In this document: piece by piece, positions 15,061-29,004 of the stretch
Layout: every line of letters starts with the position of its first letter
How positions within the stretch are numbered: the first letter of the stretch is position 1
Assembly: GCF_000181795.1 (NCBI RefSeq)
Contig: NW_003526943.1
Coordinates: forward strand, 10,090,849 to 10,154,848
Direction of reading: 5' to 3'
DNA: 64,000 nucleotides
Source: Trichinella spiralis
Taxonomy: Eukaryota
Made by a program: the position numbers and the translations under genes
The notes under the pieces: model-generated
Database searches by the model: none
Seen by the model: the letters and a program-made list of their open reading frames with translations, nothing else
Told to the model about the DNA's origin: nothing

Positions 15061-18000
15061 TCACTTCTTCCGCACTTGTTTGCATATCCAGTCCATTCCA
15101 TCCTTAAATACGCATTTGCATAGTTAATTAAGCAATCTGTAAAACTTTAACTTGCTAAAGAAAATCATTTCATGTAAAAATTTTGAGTAATAATAAGTAA
15201 ATGCATTTTATTTCGCTTAATTATTATTTTTTACTGTCATATTAAAGTAGTTGTAAACGGTTTGGGTTATGCATTAAGTCGCACAACTTCAAAAGCAGTT
15301 AGAAGAACCTGATTGCATTTATATACCGTATCGTAACCCACGGTAGTTGTGACGTAGTGTGTCACGTGAGATTGTTTTAGTCAGTGTTATTATTTCTGTT
15401 GAACGTGTGTTGAATGGCGTTTCTTCTCATAAGTGATATTCTAAATGGCGAAAACACAGCACGTTTTGGCGACGATGATAGGATTGCGCCACAGCAAAGA
15501 ATTCGTCACCTCGAACCTCAAAGAATGGGAATCCTACGCATCTCGTTTGATGTTGTTTCTGGAGATTAACAACGTTTCATCTTCCGCAGAAAAGTGCGTT
15601 GTTTTGTTTAGCTCTTGTGAGTCGTCAGTTTTCAAACTTGTTGAATCTCTGATCGCTCCTGCTTAAGCGGTGGAGAAATTGTTCGATGAGATTATCTGTG
15701 TTCTGCACGATCATTTTGCCTCTCAGCTTTCTGAAATCGTGAATCAACACATCTTTTGTTATTATCTTTTATCAGCGTAATCCACTGCCTGAGGAGACGG
15801 TTGCTGAGTTCATTGTTGACTGCAAAGATGTAATTTTATGGATCTAGAAATGATGCTACATGATCGTTTGGTTTGTGGCTTGTATTGGTTTTCAAAGAAG
15901 TCATTGTTATTTCAGATGGCTCAGGAAAAAGCTTCATTTCAACACGCTCGTAAAATTCGTTCCGTCATTTGTAACTCATCTGCTCCAAAGATTCGTTTGT
16001 TAGTCACAACCGCAAGTCGAAATATGCGCTGGGTGCAGAGGGCAACAATGCGAGCTCAGTGCCGTTTTAGAAGTGCTGTATGCAGAGTAATGTCAAGAAA
16101 TTGGACGCATTGATGGTGTTTGCAGGGCTAAACAAAAGCATTCTAAGCCTCAAACAGAAACAGATGCTATCTCAACGATGGATGCAATGGTGGCAGAAAT
16201 GAGAGAACTTCATCTGCTGAATTCTATCGCTGGCTTTTAATTTATACCAATCTTACGTTCAGAAAAATACATCGTTTCCGTCCAGTCAGTTAAAAATTGA
16301 CTCAGGATCTGAACGAACGTTCGAAACTTTACACAAGAACAACAAGAAGTTGAAGTTAGCTCAGTCTACACACTCGCTGTTTACTTTCCCACGGTAAGCC
16401 ATTTGAATTGATGGGAAGTTGTTTTGTTAACGCTGATTATTCAACTACTCATGCAAGAAAGAGAATCATTGTTACTAAAGGCTACTGACCCGACTCACTG
16501 GGCATGGAATAGTTTGAGCCGTTGGGTATCATAAATGAAGATGCACATAATATAATTAGCAGTCCCATTGCATCAGTACTATGCAAATATCAGGCGGTGT
16601 TCACCCCTGATTTGGGTTGCTACAGAGGAGTACCAGTGTCACAGAATCTCGATCCATCAGTTGTTCTTTTCTGAAGGAAGGTTCGAAAGGTCCTCTTTGC
16701 TGTTAAAGAGAAAATTGACGCAGAACTGGACAAACTAATTGAACAGAAGGTACTCGCATCCATTACTACAACCATTAGAAGAAAGTTTCAACAATCCCTG
16801 ATTCGCCACAACCAAAGATTGTGAAGCAACTGTAACCACTTCTAAGGTTGCTCAATTCCTACCATTCATTTCTGCGCAGCAAGGCAACTGGAGCAGAGCC
16901 TCCGCATCTGGAGAGACAAGCTACTGAAAGATGGCTAAATGGAGATGAACGAGAAAGCAGAGTCCACCTGCTGCAATCCGATCAAATTTGAATGTGCAAA
17001 GTGGGTTTGCGACCATGTAAGTAATATTTTATTATTAAAATATGCCATTTTTATCAGTCAGCATTCTGATTTCTCATCTAGGCGAGAAGTGGATCTAGGG
17101 GTACAGTTTGCACCAACCTCGAAGTGTAAACACCGTTTTGAGATCGACACCTCATGCAGAAACATACTCCATATTGTATAAAATTGAAAAGAAAAAACAC
17201 TCTCAAAACGCCACGCAGAGGAAGAAACAAAACTGATGCTGTAAATATATGGCGAAAAATGTAGTAGTGCATCGACCATCTTCGAAACGACCAGCGAAAC
17301 TGGAATCTTTTATCAAGAACCTGTACAAAGACGCGACAATTGTTGTCAAAGGCGCCAATGGAACCCACGTTACCGCGCGCTGGTCAGTCGGAGTACGCCA
17401 AGGTGACCCTTGCAGTGGTATCTTGTTTTGTTTGTTTGTTGAGCCACTCTTGCGGTCAGTCTTACCTGCTTTACCGTGTGAGGCGGAAACGACTGCGGTT
17501 AACGTGTTAGGACAGCCGATCACAGCGCTGGCTTACGCTGATGATATCGCGCTGTTCGCCCCATCCATCGGGGTTATGCAACAACAGCTGTGCAAAATCC
17601 AGGGCACGGCCAGCGCCATGGGCTTTCGGTTCAACCCGAAAAAGTGCGCGTCCCTGTACTTGAATCGTGCAGTAGTGAATGCCGCAACATTCACGATAAG
17701 CGGGGAGGAAATACCTGCTCTCGTACACGGGGACACTTTTCGCTATCTTCCCTGTCAGTTCCCGCTGTACAAAAAGGCGAAAGCGGTAATGTACTGAAGC
17801 CGGGCCAAACGTTTTCCCCCACTGCCAGCAACAAGCCAGCAGCTATTCACCATTCATGTATTTAAAGTATCTAAATTGATTCCTTTTGTATATAGTTTAA
17901 CTGATAGAAAATGCGTAGTTGCATATTGTGAAATATATTATAATTTAATTGCAAAAGCGGCAGCGTTAGGGGTTGTCCTTCAGCCGCAAACCATAATTTG

Positions 18001-20012
18001 CGATTTTGAAACCGCCCACATCCCTGCAGTACATGGATCATTTCTTGGGGTCCACATCCAAGGCTGCTACTTTTATTTCTGCCGAGCAATTCTGTCCTTT
18101 TCTGCTCCTTTACTTTGTATTCTCTTATTCTTTGTACAGTTTATTTTTGTTTGTATTATACTGTATTGTATTGCATTGTATTATAGTTGTTACCACTGAA
18201 TAAATTTTTACTACTGAAAATTCTATTTAACTTCACCAAATGAACAAATTTCAACAAGTTCTTTAAAATGCTGAATAAATAGTACACAAACAATATACCG
18301 AGTCAGTTTAGCTTAAAGCAAGGCAAATTTATTAGGTCTGATCAGCAGTTGTATGAAGACGATTAATTATACACAAGAATGTAACCAGAAGAAAATTTGT
18401 TTTTATGCTTATAGTTGTGAAATGCTAGCCTGCTTTTACTTTGTGAATTATTGACTGCATTGGTCATTTAAAAACAGTCATTAATCAAATGTGAATGGAC
18501 AGTTGACTTCCAACTTTCAGAAATTATACTTTTTTTAATTCGATATCTGCTCCTGAATTTACCGCTTCACTCAAGAAACTTAAAAAGTAGGACAACTAAA
18601 CCTTCTTTTGTGCTTGACTTTGTACAGATTTCTGTCAGTTATTGCTGTAACAGAAAATATGCATTAAGTTTTAATTACACGAAAAATAATTTAATAAAAA
18701 CAGAGTTCATCAACTGAGATGCCCATTTTAAAGGGAAATAAAAAAGAAAAGTACAAAAAAATAAAGTGAAAAATAAATGAAACTAGATAGGCATCTTTTA
18801 TTTGCCCCAGGTGGATTTTTACTCAATTTCATCCAAATTATTAATTATATTTAAATATCGTCAAATAATACCATTAAAAAGTAATTTTTTAAATATTACA
18901 TAAGAATTCGTAATTATGAAAAAAATGCTTTGCGCATTCAAGTTGAAGGTAAACATTGATACAAATCTGAAATAAACCAATATATTAATTTTTATTAATA
19001 AACAGGCATGTGCTGCTGAATTTTCAATATTGTAGTTATAAAAATTATTTTATTTGATAGATATTGATTCTTTTTTAAGATGAAAGAGTATAAAAATGTA
19101 AAAACCACCGTCTTTTTGAGAGGTTTTAAATTTAGCTGATAAATGTGCTTTTGCCACAAGTTCGTTATTTAAACAAAATGCAGAAAGTCTTTGGCTTTAG
19201 TTCTTATCGGATCATTTTTTTTTAAAATTACAAATACAGATAAATTCATTTATAAATATTTATAATTTATTAATAAAACAAATAATTGATAAATAAATGA
19301 CATTTACTTACTTTCACCCCTTCCATAGAAATTGCTGAGCAAGGCTGAATTTGCCATGGTCGATCTCGAATTGTGTGCAATTGCAAGCCCTCTGCAAGAC
19401 TACTCGCAGGGACTGCATTTACCAAATCTTGTTTATTTGCAAAAATTAAAAGCGGCACATTTGTTAACTTTTCTTCTTCAAGTAGTTCCATCAATTCCTT
19501 AAAAATAACCATAACATTTGGCATTCGATCAATTATAACTAACTTACCACACCAGTTTCATCAAATCGTCGTCGATCAGAACTATCAATAACGTAAATCT
19601 GAAATAATTTTGTTATTTCAAATATAAACATTTGTTTAAATAATTTTCTTGCCAGAATATCAGCATTTTCAAAATAATTCTTCCAGTAAGGCCTAATTTT
19701 ACGTTGGCCACCTATATCCCACACATTTAACTTAAATCCATCGGACACAACACTTTTGATGTTAAATCCCTGCAAAAAATGTGAAATATATTTCAAAATT
19801 ATTCATCGCTGATACCTGAGTTGGAGTGACGTGTGTAATATCTTCTGAAACTAAGCCTTTTAAAAGGGTTGTTTTTCCGGCATTATCCAGGCCAAGCAAT
19901 AAAATTCGCACATCCCTTCCTGAGGTAGCTTTTAATCTTTTCAACAGTGCCAATATTCCCTTAAATTGGCATTTAAATGGGTATTTAATAAAGCTTACTT
20001 TCTGCCTACCAT
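15061..20012 (-). CDS. ARL3: ADP-ribosylation factor-like GTPase ARL3; first coding exon is a lone ATG (20012-20010) and last exon is 15102-15061
   Basis: [63 protein letters not shown]. The phase-0 donor at 19311 joins the acceptor at 15103 to give [13 protein letters not shown], which matches the ARL3 C-terminus. Confidence 0.93.
15235..16960 (+). mobile_element. Degenerate Ty3/gypsy LTR retrotransposon (LTR, PBS, gag, protease, start of RT; internally deleted), inside the ARL3 intron
   Basis: LTR-like ~15235-15461, then TGGCGACGA (gypsy-type PBS) at 15467. Gag EWESYASRL...[13 protein letters not shown], protease-like IDSGS, and [17 protein letters not shown]. Many stops and frameshifts. 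Boundaries approximate. Confidence 0.8.
17090..18100 (+). mobile_element. MULE (Mutator-like) transposase relic interrupted by an RT fragment
   Basis: N-terminal [22 protein letters not shown]...[13 protein letters not shown] resumes after the insert as [23 protein letters not shown], then MULE core IPFVYSL...[11 protein letters not shown]...[13 protein letters not shown]. Confidence 0.75.
17293..17752 (+). mobile_element. Internal fragment of a non-LTR retrotransposon reverse transcriptase (R2/NeSL/Utopia-like)
   Basis: Uninterrupted frame with [31 protein letters not shown] and FRYL; GC-richer than its flanks. Clade assignment is inference. Confidence 0.85.
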
Positions 20013-21064
20013 ATCTGGTCGTCTTTAAAATTGCTCAAAAATAATCATACAATAACAATAAAATTTCGAATGATTATAACTGCGAAACGTTAAATCTAAA
20101 ACCTTTGTACGAAGCATGTGGTCACTAAGGAAACAAATATCAACAAAAATATCAATAACAACCTACTCATCATATTATTTGTTAATAATTATTGCAGTGG
20201 ATTATTGTTGATAAACAATCAAAGCGAAAGAAAATCAAAATAAGAAAGCACTGCATCGATTATTATGGATTGCGAAATAAAAAACTTCAAACATCTTATC
20301 AATATTGATTAACCTTTAACAGTTCTGTTCAGTTGAGTCATAAACAGTGAAAAGCAAAAAAATATTTTTGAAACTGATAGAATCTTTTTCTAAAAAATAT
20401 AAAGTTATCGATTTAAAGTTGTTTATAATTGTAATACTCATAAATCATCAAATATATGCAAGATACTGCACTTCATGATTTATTATTCATATTGAATTAA
20501 TAAAATTAAATTTTCAAACTCAAAAAACGGCGAAGCATACAAATGTTCAATGGTGGAAAATATTTAATAATAAATGAACTAAGGCAGCTATTCCTTTCTT
20601 ATATATTTTATTAATTTACGAGGAAACATTGTATTTATGATGCAGTAGAATTAAAAATTTTTTGAATTATATCTGACATAAAAATCATAAATAATTAATG
20701 TAATTCTGTTTTTAAATAAATTTCAAACTTTTCACGCTCTAAAATACTAAACAGATTAACGCAGGTAAATTTTTATGATGGATTTTTCTGATTATGATCT
20801 AAATTATTAATAATGCTTTTTTCCAGTAGGCTTCTTCTTACTTTCCAAAAAATGAGTCTTAAACCCTTATGGTTGGCATTACATAAGTAATTTTAAATTT
20901 CATGCAATACAATATTAAAATACGTGATTTTTAGTTAAATTCTAAAAGCAATGCTCAGTGCAGCACCATATGTTTATAACATCCTGCAAATCATGCTTAC
21001 TGTAATTTTATTCATATTTATATATTTATATTAACTTGCAAGCATTTTACAGAATTAGTAAAGC

Positions 21065-22588
21065 ATGGATGAAATTCAAAAAGTTTTTTATTCTTGGAAT
21101 ATCAGAGTCACAATATATGGTAAATATGCATCCTTTTATTGATCATGATTAGCTTGTGTTTGTCTAAATTGGTTTAGTGAAAGCTTTGTGGCAGATTTTT
21201 TTGTGAATTTATTGCTTTTTATTTTAAAATATGTTTAATCGGTCTTTTATTCTGAGACTGTCTTCATTTTGCGAATTAAAAGATTAAAATGAAAAGTTTT
21301 GTCCAGATTTTGTTTTTTCAGATTGTTTTGCAAAAATTGAAAATTTCGTGATACCTTGTTGTTTTCGACTGAAACTTCTTGATCCAGTTGCCAAGTTTAT
21401 CGACTGTGCTTGTACCAACTTTTGTACATATTTGTTGACCTCCAACGAAGTTATTCGTTTCAAGAATCTAGCAGAGGAATTATTAATAGGCGATTTGCTG
21501 AAATTAGAGGAATCATGCTGGCGTTGTGGAGAAAGTGTAAATGTTGTTAAAGTTGAAAAAGATGAAAGTTCAAACTTTTTCTTGAAACATGTCGGCCTGC
21601 AAACTTCGTCTTCATACTTTCATAATAATTCTGATCACGACTGTGATGCTATAAGGCCACTGCTAGCATGTACAAATGATAAAGTATATTTAGTTAGCAT
21701 GGTGGAAAAGTATCCAACATTATGTTGTATTGACAGTTTGAATGGAGACGGAATTTTTTCTAAATCTTCTTTACCGAATATAAGTTACGTACGGCAGCTT
21801 AAAGGGGGTCATGATCTTCTTGTTTTATTAGATTCTACAGGGACTGTTTACGTTTCTGGTTGTGGAACCCGTGGTGAGATGGGTTGCGGAAAGTTAATTT
21901 TGCAAACATGCTTAAGAAAAGTTCCAATGTTTACAACGTTTAAAATCAGATTGGTCAGTGTTGGAGGCTGGCATGTTTTAGCACTGGATGGTAAATTATT
22001 TTTTGATGCAAGGTAAATTATGCAAAGCATTATTTTTAAAATTTTCTATTCAGATGGTGACAACGTATTTGGTTGGGGATGGAATGGAAGTGGACAATTG
22101 GGTTTCCCTAAAGATGAAGTATTTTAAATTGTTTGGTGGTGAATATTGTAAAAAGAAATATGAGCATTTTTTAGAGATCTGTTGTATCGTATCCTGAGCA
22201 CATTTGTATTCCAACTGCTGCATCTCTTAAATCTGTTGCATGCGGCAGTCGTCACAGTTTAATTTTGGCCGGTAATTGAGTTCACTTGAAATTATGTTAG
22301 CAAACATTTTTTAAAATTAAAGCAAAAATTTTTTTGTAGAGAGTATTTCAGTGAAAAACGTTTTAATGATTTCCATATTTTTTATTTTAAGAAGGTGAAG
22401 TTTACGGATGTGGTTGGAATGAGTATGGACAAATTGGCAATCAACACGATGGTAATTTTTGTAAAGACGTGGACAGCGTGCGTTTAATTCTTTCAGAACC
22501 ACGTTTAGTTGGGATTGCTGCCGGTAGCTTTTCTTCGTTATTGTTTTTGAAAGAGAAAACTAATGGTAGTTCGTTAATTGTACTTTAA
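21065..22588 (+). CDS. RCC1-repeat protein (RCCD1-like), multi-exon; 5' end uncertain
   Basis: RCC1 repeats GHDLLVLLDSTGTVYVSGCGTRGEMG, VSVGGWHVLAL..DGDNVFGWGWNGSGQLG, VACGSRHSL and VYGCGWNEYGQIG. Confidence 0.78.
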
Positions 22589-24220
22589 AACTTGTACTTT
22601 TATTTGATGTTTGATTTCATGTTCAAAAAATGTTTGAAAGTATAATTATCTATAAAAATTTGTCATTTGAAGTGTAGATGAAATTATCATTCATAGTTAT
22701 CAAAGTTGCTGAGTTGAAACTGAGTTGTGATTGAGTTATTAATAGCCAGGAAGGTTGAGCGTCTAGTATTGGCATACGAAATTTCCATAAATGTAAATCT
22801 AAATTTTATGTAACTTTAAATTGCATTTTCAGTGCTTTCCTTATGGAAAGCACTCAACAGGTATGCTTTTCTTGAGCAACAATTGTACCTTAATGTGGTA
22901 AGGAAGGATTTATCAATTTAAATTTGCAAATGCAAACAATAAACGTTATATTTATGAGCGCAGAAGAAATGCTGTGCGAAGGTAGAATTTATGATGAATT
23001 ATTATTCAGATATGTTTATTTACAAAATGGAATACATGTGGTAATTTCATTGTATATGTAATGAATGTATATATATATATATATATATGTATAACATTTT
23101 TGGCAGTATGCTATGCAGCATATTAGCATTTAGTAATTAATGAGCAAATCTGTTCATAAAAATGAAATGTTGAAAAAGTAATTATGAAATGTTAAGTTGC
23201 AGGAAATGTGAAGAAAAAGCTTCAGAAATTATAGTACACTTTGCATTACATATTTAAACGCTACTTTAGGTTTCAGATGATTGAGGAGAAATTGATTCAG
23301 TTGCATCTAAATTCCTATTTTATATTATCGTTTATCATGGGAGGGGACATAACGAAGAATAGTATCAAAACAATAACTTACGTTTCAATAACAATAAAAT
23401 TAAAGGAATGAGAAAATCGTAAAGTCGAATAGCTCCAAGAAGAACAGCTCTTAATTTGGAGAATACATATTTTTCAAAAGGTCAGACAATTATGCATGTA
23501 TACATGCATTTGAACAGTTTTTTCAAATCATGACTAGTATCCGTTAGATGAACCACCAGGAACTGTAACTGTAGTTTGTCCACCACAAAAATGGAATTGG
23601 AAATAAACCCTAATTTTGAATAACCATTCACCAAAATGAATAAAGAACACTAACCATGTTTTTGATATTGCAGTACTACAATAGTTAACATGGGTGTAAT
23701 GGTTTCATTTATACAAATCAGATTACTGGTGATAAAAATTTCAGTTTGAACAAGAGAGAGATGATAGAGGGTCCAAGTGCAGATCTAATGTTATTAAAGT
23801 AATGATGAATGGAAGCGGTCACACAGTTATTTTCCTATTCATAATATTTAAGCAAGGATTTCAGTTATAATTTCTAGTGTCTTTAGGGTAGAATGTTTGT
23901 TCATTATTTTATAAATTGTTTTATCTTAATTGATATTTTGTCAATATGTAATTTACATTAAATTATCAAATACGAAAAAGTCTATGCAAATTACAATTAA
24001 AAATCATTAGGAAGTGTAATATCTTTTTAACAACACCAGTCAGTTTGCATATTTTTGAAAAGATGAGACAATTATGTATTCCTTGAGCATTTTGTGTTAG
24101 CATCAAAAATAGTATCTGCTGAAAAATACATCAATTACAAAGGAAGCTTTTGTTGCTTGCTTGCTGTATTGCAATCATGTGAAATTTAGACAAGAACAAT
24201 TAAGTGAAATAATTTAATTT

Positions 24221-24986
24221 TCATTCATTGGCAATGAATTGTTTGATTGTGAATGGACTGCTTTGAGTAGTTCTACTTTTTGGACCTCTACAAAAGAGAA
24301 GAGCAAAAAATTGAACGTTTCTTGTTAATAAACAATGCTTAATGTAGATAAATTTTAGATATTGAAATGAAATTTCAAAAATTATTTATAAAAATGAAAT
24401 ATTGAACTTTACCTTGTTGTAAGACAACTTTTCATGCAGCTTTCAATGGTTGCTTTACTTAAATAGATTGTATCTGATTTTTCATGGCAGCTTTCACTGC
24501 AAAATTGTTGAAGCAGTGCATCTGCAATTGGCGCAGCCTGAAATTAGCAAAAATTATATTAATATGTTATTGTAATAAATTTCATTTTTACGGAAAAGGA
24601 AATTGATCAATCAATTGAATAAAGTAAATTTAATAATTCAATAAGCAAATTAAGCAAAACAAACTTCATGAAAAAAGCATTCTTTTCTGCATATTGCCTT
24701 TTTTATCGGTTCCACTTGTTCACATTTATCAGTGCAATATTTCACTACGACAAGTACGTTTTGTATCTAAATTTTAGTAATATTCATATAACTACATAAA
24801 AATTAAGTGATAAAATTAATAACTTATTGAAATAATTATTATTTCAATAAATAATTAAATATATTACACTTAAAACATTTCATGATATTGCCAGAAACAA
24901 AAGCAGTTTACCGGATCTATGTTGCTTTTTACTGCTGTGTGGAAAATGCAAAATGAAAAGATGAAGACAAGTGCAGAGTAATTCAT
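24221..24986 (-). CDS. Small secreted cysteine-rich protein, 122 aa, 4 exons (24986-24912, 24766-24665, 24537-24413, 24287-24221)
   Basis: Four exons with GT-AG borders and compatible phases (0,0,2) give an open 369-nt CDS: MNYSALVFIFSFCIFHTAVKSNIDP-IQNVLVVVKYCTDKCEQVEPIKKAICRKECFFHE-AAPIADALLQQFCSESCHEKSDTIYLSKATIESCMKSCLTT-RGPKSRTTQSSPFTIKQFIANE*. Confidence 0.75.
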
Positions 24987-26599
24987 GACTGGTGAATGAT
25001 GCTTTTTTCGTAAATTCTACCGTTTTTAAAAATGAATTTAAAATTTAAACAGCTGATTGCTTGAAATAAAATTAGTGTTTAATGTTCAATGTTGAATTGA
25101 AATTAATGAAAAAAAATCATTCATTAAAAACTTCAACACACTGTCATTAACAAATTGCAATGGTTTCTATTTTTGAACAATAATGAGTCGTACATTTTAA
25201 TTAGCAATTTATTTCTTATCTAAAATTTGCATCTTCAAAATACAAAGAATTGTTGTACACTGTATTTATCCATATTATATGTGGTAAAAAGGAAATTAAA
25301 AGTCTCTGAATTTAGACAATAGTTGTAAAAATATTGCCACAAAAATCATGAATGAATTTGTTTCTAAAATTGTTTTTATTATACATTTATATATTATTAT
25401 ACATTTGGAATTTGCATTTTAACAATTATTAAAATGCATTTATTTAAATTTTCCTTATATTTACTTATTTCTTGAATGTTTTAAGAAAAACAGTATAATT
25501 AATAGATTATGAAATATAACACAGCATTTATCAATGTGGAAAAGTAAAATTCAGTGACCAACTGTTGCGTACTTTCAATGATTAAGCAGCAATCTTTTCA
25601 TTTAAAAAATTTCACAGAAAAGTTTTTAAAAACTAATATAAAATGTCGAATGCATTATTGCAAATCTGATAGAATATTTTTTGTAAAATTTGGCAATGTA
25701 TTTAACGCTTTGATTATAATTCAACCTAGGTGCTAATCAGTTTTTCATTATTAGAGACAATTAAAATTGTACTTATTTACTTTCTAGTAAACTGACGTAA
25801 TTGCCGCATTTTGAGATAAACGACGAAATGTAGTTTAATAAATAGCACCTTAATTATACTTGCATTTCACCATAAACAGCCATTAGTAATATTTTTATTT
25901 TCACTTTAGCAGTACTGAAAAATGAACAATAATTAAATGATGCCATTTATTTAAACGTAAATAAAATCCATTTTCCCACTGATGTTATACTCCCTCAGTA
26001 GGAAAATTATTATTTTTAATACATAGCTTCCCATAAAATATAAAAGAAGATGATTTTGAAAAATATGTGGAACTAACTTTCAATGAAGAAATAAGAGTAT
26101 ACAAATCGGCTGAACTCATATAAATGATCGGCAGAATTATGAGAAGGAAAATGATGCTGTCACGATTTATTACAACAACAAGAACAACACACATTTAAAG
26201 TACACAAATATTTTATTTCAGACCACAGAACACAAAAATAGTCAAATGAACACTGAACAACAGGTACAATATTTTCCCAATTGCAATAATTATGAATAGA
26301 AAATGTTTTATAGGATGCGATATCTCCTTCTCTTCAAAGAAATAATCGTCCAAATAATTTGCTTTTCTGTGAACATGGCCTGGTAATCTGACTTTTCATT
26401 TGCTAGTTTTTTCCACCTTCTTTTCCTCGTTATCCATTTCAGCAATGTCTTTCTTTTCATTGTAGTCTCTGCGTCTGAATCTTGATCTTCTGTAGAACCG
26501 CTGAATCACTGCTCATCGACACTTTCTGCCTCTTTCTATTTCGAATGTATTTTTATTTTCCATCTTCTCAAGTTTGCATTAAATAATTTCGGCTTTATC

Positions 26600-27100
26600 G
26601 TACATCAGTACAACAGTATGCTGATTTTATGTGCACCACTGGATGGTTTGGCCGGTTAAAAGCAAGGCATAGCATTTGCAGTGGACGACTATGTAGCGAA
26701 GCAAGGTCTTCAAAGACTAAAAACGTTGACGACTGGTTCAATTCAGTATGGCCTGAATTAATAGCAACAGTATAAAGCGCAGGGAAAGCTTTTCTCAATT
26801 TGATGAAATTTCTGAACTTGATATCAACTATGTAAATACAGACGCCGCTGTTGTTACGTCTGATGTACCAAAAATAAATAACGTGGTAAGTGACATCCAT
26901 TGCATAAAACAAGAGGACAGTGACGACTCTGACACGGATACAACAACAGCTGAAAGTATCCCGTTGAAAATGTGCCCGGAATGAAATGAATGCGTTGACC
27001 ATCTGGAGCGATTTATCGAAGCTACGGAAAGTGCTGACGAAGAAATTTTTAAGGCCATCACTGTCGTCAGACAATTCGTCGAAGATCACAGACCAAAATT
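26600..27100 (+). mobile_element. Tigger/pogo (CENP-B-like) transposase relic with the DDE core deleted
   Basis: DFMCTTGWFGRLKARHSICSGRLCSEA...VDDWFNSVWPELI matches the CENP-B HTH C-terminal motif (GW..RFK.RH.I...GE). It joins directly to an acidic C-terminal-type segment (QEDSDDSDTD). Confidence 0.65.
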
Positions 27101-27879
27101 GAAATTAATAATGTTGAAAGATTTTTTCAGCATAAATTAAGTTCTTGAATAAATGGGTGTGAATCAACCACTGCCAGGCGCATAACAAATCTGGAAAAAT
27201 TGATGTGCACTCACGTAGATGAGAATTCTGGCCATCGACATGACAATCCTTGAAACCATTGAAATATGCATGTCACCAACGAGATGCGACAAAAAAGCAA
27301 CTTTGTCCACTTTGTATAAGCCACGCAGTGTATTTGAATCAAGCAGATGAGATGACAGACAGATCAGCTCATCTGATTCGAGCATTGTAAAATATTTGAA
27401 TTCACTTTTCAATAGAAAGTGATTCACACATCTATTTTTATCCACAAGCATACTGTATCTTTATAATCATCCATACAGCTAAATTTCATCATGTGGTTTC
27501 GTTGGATGCACAGCGAATGATGTCCACTCGATTGGATGGTTGTTGTTGTTGTTTGTCCATTCCGTATTTTTTCCAATAACCTCACCAACGTTGACATTCA
27601 ACCAAACAGCGGTAGTCGGTGCCATAAGAAAATCAATTTCACTTTTTTATCCAATCTTTGAATGAAGACTTAAGTGAATTCTTCAACGGTTGTCAATATT
27701 TCATCGATTATCACATTTCAAAAAGTGTTGAATCAAATTTGATCAATCAAACATGAATGATCATTTTCCAATGTATCGAAAACACAATATCAGCTGATTC
27801 AATCTAATCAAGCTATCACAAAATACAGTCTTGGCTGTAGCAAACTTTTATCTGCTGAAACGACGATCCNNNNNNNNNN

Positions 27880-29004
<1,125 letters not shown>

